From the human T2T-CHM13v2.0 reference genome, Homo sapiens, in assembly GCF_009914755.1 (NCBI RefSeq), contig NC_060926.1: DNA of 64,000 nt; one strand, written 5' to 3'. The position numbers were made by a program, and so were the translations under genes. The notes below the pieces were generated by a model. It ran no database searches, had not been told where the DNA came from, and worked only from the letters and a program-made list of their open reading frames with translations. Numbering within the stretch: the first letter of the stretch is position 1; the number at the start of each line of letters is the position of its first letter. Shown in pieces: positions 46,050 to 58,942 of this stretch.

Positions 46050-48244
46050 ATCCTGTTATTAAAATTTAATTCAATCTGTCCAATCTTTATGAGCTTCACT
46101 ATATGGTAAAATTTCCATAAACCTCTTATAACCATTTACAGTTTTCTGTTAAACAGGGGACTAATTCTCTAAGAAAACCCTGTTCTTTAGACACATAAGC
46201 CTAGATTCTGGCCCTGCATTAGTGTGCTTTTATTTCAATGTTCATCCTACAGAAAACTCAATAATCCCCTTTAAATCTTAGCCAGCTTGCTCATACTCAG
46301 AACATTTTATGAGATTAATGCTTCACAAACCCTTTTCAACTTGCTTAAGCCTTTAGTTTTATCCCATTACTCTTTTAGGTTAGGCCAATCCTTAAAACCC
46401 TCTGAGTTAGACAAGATTAGATTCCCTTAAAAAGAAAACCATACCTTCTGTAACTCCTAGCAAAAACACATTCTACTTTCCCTCTACACCTTGTATGTAA
46501 ACTGTTTCTCCAGTAGTCCCAAGTATGTTACAATGTTAACTCAGCAATGTTTATTTTTGGTGAAAAACGTGGTGAGTAATTTTAATCATGTGTAAGATGA
46601 GCTGCAGATAATGTCTAATTCTTCCCAGCCCAGCCAGGGAACCAGGCTAACTCCATTATGTCCCCAGGCCTTTAACTATAATCTAATGACTGTAATACAA
46701 ATAAGTCAAACAATTATTAAAAGTAATAGAAGCAAGTTATGGCGTTAAAGCATCTGGCAAACAGTATCTGACCTGTCTAATTCAGTTCAAATGTGTGACC
46801 TTTGAAGTCATTTTTATTTTACTTTACCAATAAGCTTCAAACTGTGTTAATTTTTAAGATGGTTAAATAGAATCATATGACCTAAAAGGCATTAAAGTTT
46901 CTGTTTTTCTGGCAATATGTTTAAGTGCTTATTTTTCTTGAAGCCAATTAATTAGAGCTATTTTATAAAAACATTATACACAACATATATAAATGCACAG
47001 AAAGACAGAAAGAGAATCTAGACAAAATTCTATCAACTAAGAAGTTTCTAAAGGGAGAGAAGGGGCTTTAAAAACAATATCTGTACACATACAATCCAAA
47101 TACCAGCTTTAATTAAGTTGAATTCTCACTACAGAGCTCTCAAAAGAAAAATTCATTTAAAATCTTTTATTACCAGATTTTAATCCATACAAATGACCAA
47201 TATTTATGGCTTTTGAATATTTTAGTAATAGTAATCTCCTACGTGAAATGAATAAGCCTTAACTAAGGGAATAACTTAAACACAAACACGCAAGGTGTCT
47301 CTAAAGAGATGGTAAGCAATTTAAGATCTAGAATTGCCCCAAAGGTAACTCAGAGAAAAGAGAATTTCAGGACAGGAAATCGGAAGCTGTCCATGGAGAA
47401 GAAAATAATTAATACATGGCAAAAGTACCACAACTGTTAAACCACAAAGGACTCACTTTCAAAGCCAGGAATTGAACCCAGATGTCATTGTGAGAGGCCA
47501 AGTCCTTAGCAACTGACCTACAGCACAAAGTGACGGTTGTTTCTTATGTCCAGTCAAAGTTTAGAGCATTTTCAAGCTTGCAAAAAAAATTTTAACTGAT
47601 GAAGAGAATTTTCTGACTAGCCAAGTTATTATTATGCATCCTTCTTTTAATTTAATGTATTTCTTTTAATGTACTCAATTCCAACAGTGACTCAGTCTAG
47701 AAGCCTGTTGCAGTCCAGAGAGCAGTTTTCCAGGTTTTTATCATATAAGCAAAAGGTATTTCCACAAAGGGGTAGAGGAGGCATCTTCATAACAGGCAGC
47801 TTCTGAACTCAAAAGGAACATGTATAATTTTACTTGCCTCCAGAACTGCCCTTGGCTTTGGTTTGTTAACTATGATATTTGATTTGGAAGCCAGCTGGAG
47901 CAGTGAGTACTCTTCAGCTTATTGCCATCAGGGACTGAGATTCTGTCCCGGGGGCCTTTCAGCCCTCAGGGTGGCCCTGTTTCCAGCGATGGAGCTTGTG
48001 GCAGAGGAGGTAAGCCATGTGGTGATTTTTCCCTCTTATTTTGTTGGCATAGTTTGCCTTTCAGTGGCCTGGCCTTTTGCACTAATGGCAGTTACCTGGA
48101 GGAGTGTCTTAGGGCAACCTAGATGGGGCTGGAGGCTTGTAAATTAGCCAACAGTTGAGTCTGCCTCTTGTCCCTGAGTTTTTCTTTCTCTTTAGCCCTA
48201 ATCCTCCTTATTCTTCTCTTGGCTATAAAAGAGTGAGGAGGCTA

Positions 48245-48392
48245 ATTTGAGGATTTTCTGTATAGGAGCCATGCTATATTACACACGAAAAATTAGACAT
48301 TTCTTTTTGAGAGTCTGAGGGTTATATTTGTTTGAGTGTTTTAGGATGCAACCCAGAGGGGAGTCTGAAGGAATAGAACAGGTTTGTCCCAT
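48245..48392 (-). pseudogene. Decayed ERV gag N-terminus (matrix)
   Basis: MGQTCSIPSDSPLGCILKHSNKYNPQTLKKKCLIF, continuing out of frame as CNIAW. It resembles the class I (ERV9/HERV-W/HUERS-type) Gag motif SPLGCIL.HW..FDPQTLKKK.LIFFCN.AW. Confidence 0.8.
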
Positions 48393-49162
48393 GATGTGAC
48401 TGGAAAATGACAAGCCACTGGGGGCTAATGTCTGCTGGGGACACCAGCTGCAGATTCTCTCAGGGCATCCCACTGAGGACTACGGTTCCACTCATGTCCG
48501 CTGAGGGACTTGGGTGCACTTTCTAACAGGGTGGCCCAAATATTAGAAAGAACCCCTCAGTGCAGGGCCCTGATGATGGGTGATCAGCCCAGTTATGAAG
48601 AAAAAGAGTAAAGGGAGAACTCAGCCCAGTGCCAGCCCAGGTGAGGAGATGGGAATGGGGAGACTCACCGCTGAGGCTGCTTGAGATCACCTGATTTGAG
48701 AATGTCTGCAGGAGGCCTGGCTGTCTTCACAGGAGATTTTGGAATGAGAAAGAGGGGGTCTGAGTTCCCTAAAGCACATGTGCCAATTGAGACACCCAGA
48801 GGAACTGGGGACCTTGGACCAGAAAGGATGGGAGCGAGCCTTTCTCCCTTCCAGGCAAGGGAGCCAAACCTCTTCACCTCATGGCCTTCAGGCTACACCA
48901 GGGACCGGCCCTGGCCAGTTGCTGTCAATCACTACAGGGATACAAGAGGTCATCCACTGAAAGACTGAAAGGGAAAGCAAACTCTGAACTCTCACCTGAT
49001 TGGGCAGCAGCAGTCAAACACTTCCACATAGATACCTTTCAGTCTCAGCAGAGTGCACTCCTGGCCAGAGACCTTCAGTTATTTTCATGCTTAGACACAA
49101 CCCACCGAGGGTCCCAAGCTGGGAAAGAGAGAGAGGAGGGAGGGTTGCCCTTAAAAAGAGAG

Positions 49163-49180
49163 CCCCCGTGCGAACCACGA
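49163..49180 (-). other. Degenerate retroviral primer binding site, probably tRNA-Ile(AAU)
   Basis: Minus strand tcgtggttcgcacggggg versus the tRNA-Ile PBS tggtggcccgtacgggga (13/18 match), 3 nt from the 5' LTR. Confidence 0.55.
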
Positions 49181-49183
49181 AAA

Positions 49184-49450
49184 TGGGGTGGATAGCAACT
49201 AGCTAGCAATGGTGTTGCGGATGGTAAAGGTATTTAGTAAGACAGTCATAGATAAAGAAAGGCAAATTTATCAGAGAAGGTTTGAAAACACATTGTAAGG
49301 ATGCAGCGGGCAGCACAGCAGAGACAGGGCTTTCTGCAGAGAGGCAGGGCCTGAAGAGAAATTCACAATTGTTCATTGTTCTCCCCACCTGGGGCCCTCC
49401 CACACCTGGATCCCCTTCCTCAAATTTGCTTTTTTATCAGTATTAGATCT
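49184..49450 (-). mobile_element. 5' LTR of the same ERV1 provirus, with an internal deletion
   Basis: Aligns with 37416-37787 (tagcaact, ggtaaa.gtattta, taaagaaagg, acagcagagacagg, acaattgttcatt.ttctccccac, ccccttcctca). Confidence 0.8.
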
Positions 49451-49627
49451 CAAATACTGGCACTTGGGCCATTGTTCCTGTGGAGACAGGAGTGGATTGC
49501 TGCCATTATGGCCACTCCCAAAATGATTCTCCATTTCCCCTACTCCTCCATAATTGATTGTTGGGCTATATAAACATCGGCTTTTTAAGAAGGTCAAGTT
49601 GGAAAATTGAGTATCTGTACTTTTATC

Positions 49628-50085
49628 TGTGAAAGGGAAATGAAAACTTCAGTCCCCAATTCACTAGGCCAAAAGGAAAAAATTAAGCTGGAAACTGAGT
49701 CATGCAAGAAACTGCCTTTCCTTTTGTTCCTAAGCAGATAGCTACAGATAAAAGGTAAAGTATCTATACAGATAGTTACTCTGTGTTCACTTATCTTATG
49801 TAAAGTGCTGATTTACTAAGCACCAGATGTAAATATAATTAATTATTCCCCTACCCATTCCTTTTGTCTTGCAACATGTGGATTGCCATACCCTCCATCT
49901 TTCCCCTCTAGCCCACTTTTCCTGTTTAAATATTAAAACCGTCAAAGTCATCTTTGGAGAAAGGCACAGACCACAGACTGTTTCTGTGATTCCGTGTATT
50001 TTTTTTCTCCTAGGCGTGTCCTTAACCTTGGTAAAGTAAACTATTAAATTGATTGAGACCTGTCTCAGATACATTTTGGTTTACA
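49628..50085 (+). mobile_element. MER4-family solo LTR (MER4A/C-like)
   Basis: tgtgaaaggg...attgattgagacctgtctcagatac.ttttggtttaca; TG...CA ends; perfect TSD TATC at 49624-49627 and 50086-50089. Confidence 0.9.
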
Positions 50086-50199
50086 TATCCTAGATACAGA
50101 TTTTTCTTCTTAACGATATTTATTAAGTAGGGAATTCTCTAAGTGTTTAGATTCTTCATTGTAATATATAAATTAATAAATAAGGGAAAGGATCTTTAT

Positions 50200-50420
50200 T
50201 TATAGTAAGCCCACTATAATACCAGGAAATACTATGAAATTAAAACATATTTGCTTATTGATAGTTACATAGGTCCTATGAGAAACTATCCCGTTTTACT
50301 TATAAAAGACACAAAGATTAAGAAAGTTAAGTAACTTGCTAAAGTTGATGGAAGCAGCACCAGTTAATTCAAGGTGTTAACTGAGTTATTTTGGCCTCCA
50401 AAGCCAATGTTTCTTTCCAT
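50200..50420 (-). mobile_element. MIR
   Basis: agaaagttaagtaacttgctaaag...ggcctccaaagccaatgtttctttcca. Confidence 0.65.
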
Positions 50421-51132
50421 TGTCTACACTTAATCAAAAGCTGTTGATAATGGAGAAAAAAAAGGACTCAGGGAGAAAGGAAACTTCTAATATAAGGCAA
50501 TATTTATACTACAATTTGAAGCAAAAAGAGATAAAACTAATAGCAAGCAGTACCACATGGTCTTTCACATTTTTCAATGGGCACAGTGTCAGAGATGATG
50601 ATTTCTAAGGTCCTTCACCATTTGAAAACTCCAGGAAACCATAATATAATACAATTCTGAGCAATTGGAAAATCAGAGGAGCCAATACCTCAGCGGTTCA
50701 TGGCAGGAACTTGGCAAGAACACTGATTTTCTGAATTCAAGTCTAGTTTTATTAAGTCATCACTACCTTCACATTATTCTTTGGCACTTTGTTCATGATC
50801 TCATTACACTCTCTCCTGAGCTGTTTCTTAGCTGATCAGGATCTTCTCAGAGTAAGAATTCACTCAAAAACACCCTAGACCTTAAACGTTCCGCCTCTTC
50901 CTTTCTATCTTGTACGAACAGGCCAATTGAGCTATGCTTACTCCCAACACTTGATGCTGACTATGTAAATGACTTACAACAATTATCTTATTGAAGAGGT
51001 ATTGATGAGTTCCTCAGTAATCTCTTTACCAAGGAAGACAATGTCAAAACACATGCATAGAGGCCTGAAAGTTAGGACTTTGAAGAATTGGTTTTCAAGG
51101 CCATTTTCAATTCACTGTCCATCAAATCATAC

Positions 51133-51882
51133 TGAAACGGGAGAGTTCCCTTACCCCCCTCACAGGACATGTGTGTGGCTCTTCTGTTCTGCCAGGCACA
51201 CTCAAACCCCTTATGGGAAGGGGAGCACGCAGACGGGCAGATGCAGGAGCTGGGGTGAGTGCCCCTGGGCTCTGGCTCCATGGCAGTGTCCAGGGGTGGG
51301 AGTCTGAGACTCCTGAAGCCTTACTGGGCGTGTGTTACAGTGCACTCTTTTAGCCTTGCCATCCGTGGATGGCTTAAGTGTTAAACAGCTCAGTGCTCTC
51401 TTGGTACCCAGGTCCTTGTCTGGCATCCAGGAAGAATCAGCTCACACACAGACTTGAAGGATGAATGCAAGGATTTTACTGAGTGGTGGAGGTGGCTCTG
51501 AGTGGGATGGATGAGGAGCTGGAAGGGGCATGGAGTGGAAAGATGACCTGCCTCTGGAGTTTGGACATCCAGTGGCCAATCTCCTCTCTGAACGTCCTCA
51601 GCCGAACTCCTCTTGGCACCCAGATGTTCCTTCTCGTCCCTCTGCTCCACCATTCTGCTGTTCTTTTGCTCTTCTGTTTGTTCCCTTGTCTGCTTGTGGA
51701 GCTTGGGGTTTGGGGTTTATATGGGTACACGATAGGGGGTATGGCGAACCAAAAGGCTAATTTGGGCATGAAAACAGGAATGCCTGTTCTCATTTAGGGC
51801 TCTGGGTTTCCAGGTTTGAGGGTGGGCCTTACTAGGGAACCATCCTCTTCTACCCAAATTTCCCTGTCTTCTGTCCATATAA
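51133..51882 (-). mobile_element. MER50 (ERV1) solo LTR
   Basis: tgaaacgggagagttccct...ggggtttatatgggtaca...aaaacaggaatgcctgttctcatttagggc...ctcttctaccca; TSD ATAC at 51129-51132 and 51883-51886. Confidence 0.88.
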
Positions 51883-53599
51883 ATACCTCACAGAGCCATG
51901 CTTTGTAAACTGTAGGATTCAGTCTACTGACAGCTCACGGAATCATTTTGTTGGATAACAATGTTTATTTTAAGAATAAGGTGATAGAATAGAATAAGAA
52001 AATATGCGTAGATCATACCTAGTTAATGTGTGTGTCCTCTCACATTTTTTTTTCAAATTACATGTATTTCTTGTGAGTGTGTGTGAGAGAATAGATACTG
52101 TTTACTAAGATAAAATAAATCACTCTTTTGGACACAAGTTAGAATAATTCAAAGGTTCTGAATGAAAGTCTGACCTCCCTTCTCACCCCTTATCCATACA
52201 CATTCTATGCTAGAACCACTGAAAAAATTAAATATCAATTTAAGATTAATATTGTTTATATACATATGTGTGTGTTGTTTTACCATGTATAATTTAATAC
52301 ATATTAACTTATTAGATATTCAGGAGAAACCTACAAGCTAAAAATTATTGTTATTTGAAGGTCAAGGAAGCCAGTAGTCTCCAGAAGCAGAGCAGGTATT
52401 AAAACCCAGGTTTTCTGTCTCAAATATTATTTTCTTTACCCTATACTACACTGCTTCTTAGAATTTCAGAATGAGAGAAAAGATTGCATTATTTTTCTGC
52501 AGGACACATTTTTGTGGAACCCTTGACCTGACAGATTATGTACTGATTATGTATTCTTAATAGCAGTGTTTTTCATGTGGGGTTGCTGAATCAGGCTCCT
52601 TGGTGTTTAAGCCTTTGAGAAAGTGGTCCTAGTGATTTTGCCATGCACTTCTAATTAATAAACATGAGTTCCTTGTACCGTAACAAGATAGTCATTACAA
52701 ATAAACAAGGGTTTTCGTCCCATGTGTTTACTCAATGTGTTGTCAATAATGCTTGAGAATTATGTAAAATATGTATTCTGGATCCAATGGGTATAATTAG
52801 AACAAATCATAGTGTTGACGCTTGGTCAATCATTCAATTCAGCCAATACATCAGCTTTGGTCCTGTTACCTGCAAGGAAAGTAAATCTGATTCAAATCCA
52901 GCATACTTACTAGGGGGAATTAACACATTAAAAAAACCCAGACAAGATAGCAGTTTATCAGTGGCATGTCACGTTTATTAAATAATTTATACTGATTAAT
53001 TATATACTCTTCTGAATCTATTTATTGATTGTTGCTAGGGCTTAACCTCTTACTTCCTAAAGAGATTGTAAGCTTTCCAAGGCATTAATGAAACTTCTTT
53101 TGTTTTATTGTCCACAAAACTTCACAAAGGGCTCTGCACTTTTAACTATAACCATAAATATTACAGAAAATGATATCCACTTTCTATTTCAGGAAAAACT
53201 CTAGAAGTGTAATAAAATTGAGAATTATTGGAAATTTACTGTTTTGTATCATAAATATGGTTTAGCTCTTGGGGTCTTGCTATTATTACTTTTTATGCTA
53301 GTATATAATGACTAGAGGTATTTGATTTATTTTATATATAAATATATATATATATGTTATCTGTTTCATACACAAATATTTTGTGGTGTTTCATCAAGTG
53401 CTCTGTAATTGTCCAGTGGCTTCCCCCTGAACAAATGATAAACAGTTTTGAGATTACTAATTATGGTAAAGTATGTAGTTGCTGTCATTTATGAAAACCC
53501 CAAATCAGTTGGCTTGTCAAGCATGCACTCAGCTTAATTTTGCTTTTCATACACACACACACACCCCCACACACACAAACACAAATACACACACGTCAC

Positions 53600-53790
53600 T
53601 TACCATTTATGAAAGGCTTTCTCTGTACCATGCATTGTAGCAAACATGTTGCAGAGTTGATCTTATCTCATTTTCTTTCACACAAGAGAAAGGTAAGAAG
53701 GATTTTTTTTGCCATTTCAAAGATAAGTAAAATAAGGTTGATAAAATCATACATCTAATAAGTATCACAACTGACTTAAGTCTCTTAATT
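53600..53790 (-). mobile_element. MIR
   Basis: ctctgtaccatgcattgt...ccatttcaaagataagtaaaataagg. Confidence 0.55.
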
Positions 53791-55119
53791 ATAGCGTGAT
53801 GTTCCTACGTATTGAGAGAACATATCAAAATTTGAAAAGTTGTTCAGTCTTTCCACCTTTCCATCAAAGTCTTTTTTTCTCTATTGAGGATTATTATGTT
53901 TTTCTACATTCAAGTTCCAGGTTATTTATGATTCAATAAAAATTTAATGATTGGTTTTTATCACACGTTATTGACTACAGAAATATAATGTAAGAGGGAG
54001 GCAGAGACAAGGAAAGGAGAGAGAGAAAGTGTGATGGGGAGGAGGAGAGAACACACTAAAAAAATATTTATTCATGTAGTCCTGCCGATAGACACGAGAA
54101 TGCAATTTATATTTTCAGTTTGTACCACTCATTACTTCTCAAGACAATACTTTCCATAAATTTACTTTCAAAGTACAGTGGAATTGTTTTATTTACCTTG
54201 AAATAACCTCTTTCAAGGTTTTAATGGTGAAAATGCTGTATTTTGAGAGCTCTGGGATGTGGAAAAACATTCAGTATTCCCAATTGTCTACTTCTTTTCT
54301 GATTTTTGTAGACCTGGATTACAACACTTTTAGTTTTACTATTTCTAGAGTGAAGGACATCTTTGTTACTTGTCTACTATATTTACTGTACTTAAAATTA
54401 TTCTAGATCTCTGGCCATGATATTACAGCAGAAATAAGGCTACATTTTATAGGTATAGGATGTGATCAGCATGTCTAATACACCTTTTAAAGCAGAAGAC
54501 TGTGTAAAGTTAGAACTTAAATAGTACTGTTTAGGTGATGCTTCCTGCAAGCAAGTGCCTTTAAGATAATCAGTTCTCTTTTCTATGGTAATGACTCAAC
54601 AATGTATCTGAAGAGCACAGAAACTTCCTTCTCTCTCTCCCTCTCGCAACTCTGCTTTTGCACTCATTCTAAATATCTCAAACATAGTATCCTACGCTTG
54701 CACTCCACTAAGCTGTTGAATTTTCCTACAACACACAGGGTATCAGATTGCTCCTCAATTCTGTATGTTGATGGGGTTTTGGATAACCCATTTCAGTGAC
54801 ATATATATCTGAAAAAGAATTCAGATTAATTTCCTCAATTAACTGATGGGAGATGACATGATTTGATAAAGTACATGGAGAAGAATTGGACTAGCAAGCT
54901 CTTTGTTGTAGGTGGACAGAGAGGGAGAAGCTAACAAACCAAGAAAACGTTGCTAGAAAGAGATTCCCTGGAAAAGGAGCATGAAGAATTAAAAAAACAC
55001 ATCTTAGATCTTTGCAAATCCAATGGATATGTAAAAAATATAGAAGCAAAAGTTATTCTGAAAAAAGAAAAGATTATAGGGAAGATTGAGAGTATAGTTA
55101 GAGTTACCCTATTTTAAAC

Positions 55120-55335
55120 CTACTTTTTATATGGCATTATGCTAAATGCATTGCTTACAGTTTCTCATTTACCTGAGCAACAACCTGAGCTCTACATTTT
55201 TATTTCCATTTTATAGATGTGAATCTGAAATGTAGAGAGGTTAAGAAATTTCTCAAAATCACATAGCTTTTAAGTGGCAAATTTGGGATGTGAATTGTTT
55301 GTTTCTATTTTTATTTTTTACTTTAAAATGTTTTC
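55120..55335 (-). mobile_element. MIR
   Basis: ccattttatagatg...agagaggttaagaaatttctcaaaatcacatagct...aagtggca...tgggat. Confidence 0.75.
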
Positions 55336-55719
55336 CACTTCAACTGTGTATAATAGAACTAAGAGGGAAGAACAGATGAAGTTACTTCACATGTGAGCTG
55401 TAAACATTTACAAACTACATAATCAGCAATTGTCAGATACCTACAACTGACCATTATGACAAAGAAACTTATCTTTTTAAAACCCACTTAGCTTTTTGCA
55501 GGATTAATTAACACTCCTATTCAGCTGTGAAACTTACTAACTGCTGCCCAAAGCTTGATAATGCAGGCAGCTGGTTGTTTACTCTCTAAGAAGCTTATAA
55601 ATGTTTGTTCCCACAGGCTGAGTATTATTCTTTTCAAAATTGATTTTTGCTTTTTCAGCCCATTCATTTCAGGTATATCAATTATTATATTTACATAGTT
55701 TAATTAAATATTGCATCAA

Positions 55720-56035
55720 TCCAATTAGGATTGTCAAAAAAGAGTTATTTTCATAAAAATAAGCTGAATGATTTCAAATACAAGCAAGGTAAGTCACTAA
55801 AATTGTGTTAAGTGAGGGCTAGAAAGCTGAAAAAGACTGGAAATACGGCATAAAAATAATTTGCATTAAGATAACTTTAGAACCATCTTTAATTTCGGTC
55901 TTTATTTTAAAGAACGTGATGGTGAAATCCTATAGTATTCATTTTGGGATGTGGTTTATGCAGTCAAGTTAATGGAGATTTCTGATAAATGGACAGGTAC
56001 TTAAACCAAAAATTTGACTCCACGTCAAAAACAGC
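55720..56035 (+). mobile_element. Old Tigger/pogo transposase-derived fragment
   Basis: tgtggtttatgcag...aatggacaggtacttaaaccaaaa resembles the CENP-B-type HTH motif WF.Q...I.G..LK.K. Confidence 0.45.
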
Positions 56036-56040
56036 CCAAT

Positions 56041-56092
56041 GTATGTGCATGTGTTTGTGTGTGTATGTGTGTATGTGTGTGCAGGTGTGCAT
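56041..56092. repeat. Imperfect (TG)n
   Basis: Direct inspection. Confidence 0.8.
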
Positions 56093-56291
56093 ATGCTTCT
56101 GTTTGAAAAAGCATATGTTTTTCATTAAAATTATGCAAAAAATATTTACTTTTAATTAAAAGTACAGCTAGGGAAAACATTTTCCATAAATAGTTACAAT
56201 ATTCATGAATTGTTATAATTCATTACTTGTTTTGTAACGAACAGTGAAAGGTAGAAGTCAACAAGAAAATGAATTTATTTTTGAAATATAA

Positions 56292-56654
<363 letters not shown>

Positions 56655-56719
56655 AATTTTCTTTTCTCCTCTGATGTGTGTTATTCATTTGTCACTACAT
56701 AATACTGAGCTAAAACCAT

Positions 56720-56985
56720 TTTCTTAGCTCTTTTTTTTTTGAAGTCAGGGGAGTTATTTATATTGTGTAATTCTTGACACTGATGAAAAATACATGTTCA
56801 GATATGTCTGTTAGAATTGAAACAGGATTTTAAAAATCTTTCATTTCCCACTTTAGCAGCACATATACCAAAATTGGAATGACACAGAACATGGGCCCTG
56901 AACAAGGATGACATGCAAATTTGTGAAGTGTTCCATATTTTTGGTGACTGGATAAAGAAAATCTGGATATGTTTCTTAGCTCTTT
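56720..56985 (-). mobile_element. TPRT-type retro-insertion (poly-A plus 14-bp TSD) containing an antisense U6/L1 chimera
   Basis: Perfect direct repeat tttcttagctcttt at 56720-56733 and 56972-56985; poly-T at 56731-56740. Confidence 0.8.
56844..56942 (+). pseudogene. U6 snRNA pseudogene (near full length; ~8-nt deletion in the ACAGAGA/AGC region; CpG decay)
   Basis: gcagcacatataccaaaattggaatgacacaga...catgggccctg..caaggatgacatgcaaatttgtgaagtgttccatattttt matches U6. No TATA/PSE arrangement is recognisable upstream. Confidence 0.95.
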
Positions 56986-58719
56986 GATTGCTATTTAATT
57001 GTCTGATGCTTGTTTCAAAACTGCTTTAAAAGTTATTTTCCAGTTGGATGTAACTTTTGCAGGATCTTCCTGGTTTTTCATTGCTCCAACTTCGGAATGG
57101 CCTGGGATTTCCTATTTTTCTTCCTAGTATGTATCTGTTTCAACTTCAAAATGCCTCAATTTTCTGACAGCTGTTGTTGCCTCTCCCCAACTAGTGTCTT
57201 CCTCAAGCCCCTGTGGCAGGCTCATCCTGGCTCCTCCTCTAGTTTGCCTTACTTTATCATTCCTTGCCCTTGGGGGCTTCCTGGTCTTCAGCCTCACAAT
57301 CAACCTCCTGTAATTTTTGCGCTTTTCAGGCTACTAACTTAGTGAATTTTATTTGCGAGTTTCCAATTTTAGTTTATTTCTTTTCTTTTCCTCCATTCAT
57401 CTGCCTCTCTCCCTTTCTTTCTTTGTATTCCCCTTCACCTCTGCTTGCTCTTTAGTGCTTTCATTTGCTTTGGAGGACTGAGCCTTGGCAGAGATTTCTG
57501 CCTGTGGCATTTGCAGTTGTTGGAGTGACTGCTTCCCTTACCCCACACTGACCAAGTTTCTTTCCCTGCGGAATAAGGAAATCATCTCTGAAAGTCCACT
57601 TGATTTAATCCTTCATGTACATGAAGGCACAGAGGCTCTATTACTGGAAGTTTCAGAGAAAATATTCCACACTGCTTCAGAATAGACTCCTTACAAATTT
57701 TTAAACTTTATGCTAATCTTAAAACATTGCCTTTTTGCTTGGAACATTGTCAAACCATTAATTTGCTATGAATGTTCTCTCACTTTGCAGCTGACATTGG
57801 GTCTTTTTATTCATTAATTCTCTTAATCCATGCTTTCTGGTTAAATTCCCCTGGGTTTTACGTTCATAACCCTTGTTACCAGACTGCTGATCTTCAGTTA
57901 AGTATTTCAGGTGAAATCATAGCTCCCCGCAATCCCAACACCTTCTCAGTGTAAATGATTTTTTCCAGGGCCAGAAGGAGGAGCTTCACTTCCACAGTCA
58001 CCTGTAACTTTCTAGGCAGAATGTAGTCTCTTCAACAGGGCATCCCTCTCATCAGTAGTGTTTACCACAGGCAACAAAGACATTTGCAATTTCTGAAAAT
58101 AACCTCATGCTTTTCCACTTACACTTTTTTCCTCTGACTTTCTACACATACTGCACGGAAAAAAGTAGCTCTTGTAGCTATAGTATTAAGTGCTTTACAT
58201 TAATAAATATTAATATTTAAATATTAAGTATGATTCCCTCAGCCAGTACCCGCCAATGGTTTCAACCCACTGCAGTGAGCACATAAATTGTCTGTGCCTG
58301 CCTCATGTAGCCACCATCTCCCTCTTGGGATTCCCAGTGCAGATGCATGCATTTGGGTTTCAAGTTAAAATTTAAGGTAAATGTAAATCAGAATTTCATG
58401 AATCTGATCTGTAATTTAGAATTTTAAGCCAAACAACTGAAAAACTGAACATGCTGGATTGGAAAGGTTTAGTGACTGTATGGTTTTGAGTTTAGTTAGA
58501 ATTACATGTCAATCGTATGTATAATGTAGATTTACGCTTCCTTGTATATTTAGAGGAGAGTTGCAAATGTAGGTAATACTCTGTCTTTCATCCACTCTAT
58601 GTCATTCATTCTTCAACAAACACTTTTGAGTATCAAGAAATGTAGTTAGCATTTAAGACCACCGAGTTTGGGTGCTAATTGCCTTGACAAGGTTTGTAGT
58701 TTTGTATCTGAGACAACTG

Positions 58720-58900
58720 ATACACTTTCTCTGTGCCTCAGTTCCTCATTTCTAGAAAGAAGAAAGTGAGTTACATAACTTGAGGGTGTTGTTTTAAATA
58801 TCAAATAAATTCCATACAAGCTAGATTTTATTAATAGCATAGAGTGTGAAAAGTAATACTATACATTCCGAGGATAGGCAAGAACATAGTTAGTAATGCT
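58720..58900 (+). mobile_element. MIR
   Basis: ctctgtgcctcagttcctcattt...agggtgttgtt. Confidence 0.7.
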
Positions 58901-58942
58901 TCCATTCTTGTCTGGTTGTATTTCACATAACACTAAGTAATA

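Larger units (their letters stand above)
46073..49183 (-). mobile_element. ERV1 (MER4-group) internal region, 5' part with leader, splice donor and gag stub
   Basis: MER4-int-like motifs; minus-strand donor CG/gtgagt at about 48664-48671; gag-like peptide; PBS next to the LTR. Confidence 0.75.

Noticed and set aside
56844-56942. Functional U6 gene
   Set aside because: The deletion disrupts the ACAGAGA box and AGC triad region, CpGs have decayed, there is no recognisable promoter, and it sits in a retro-insertion.
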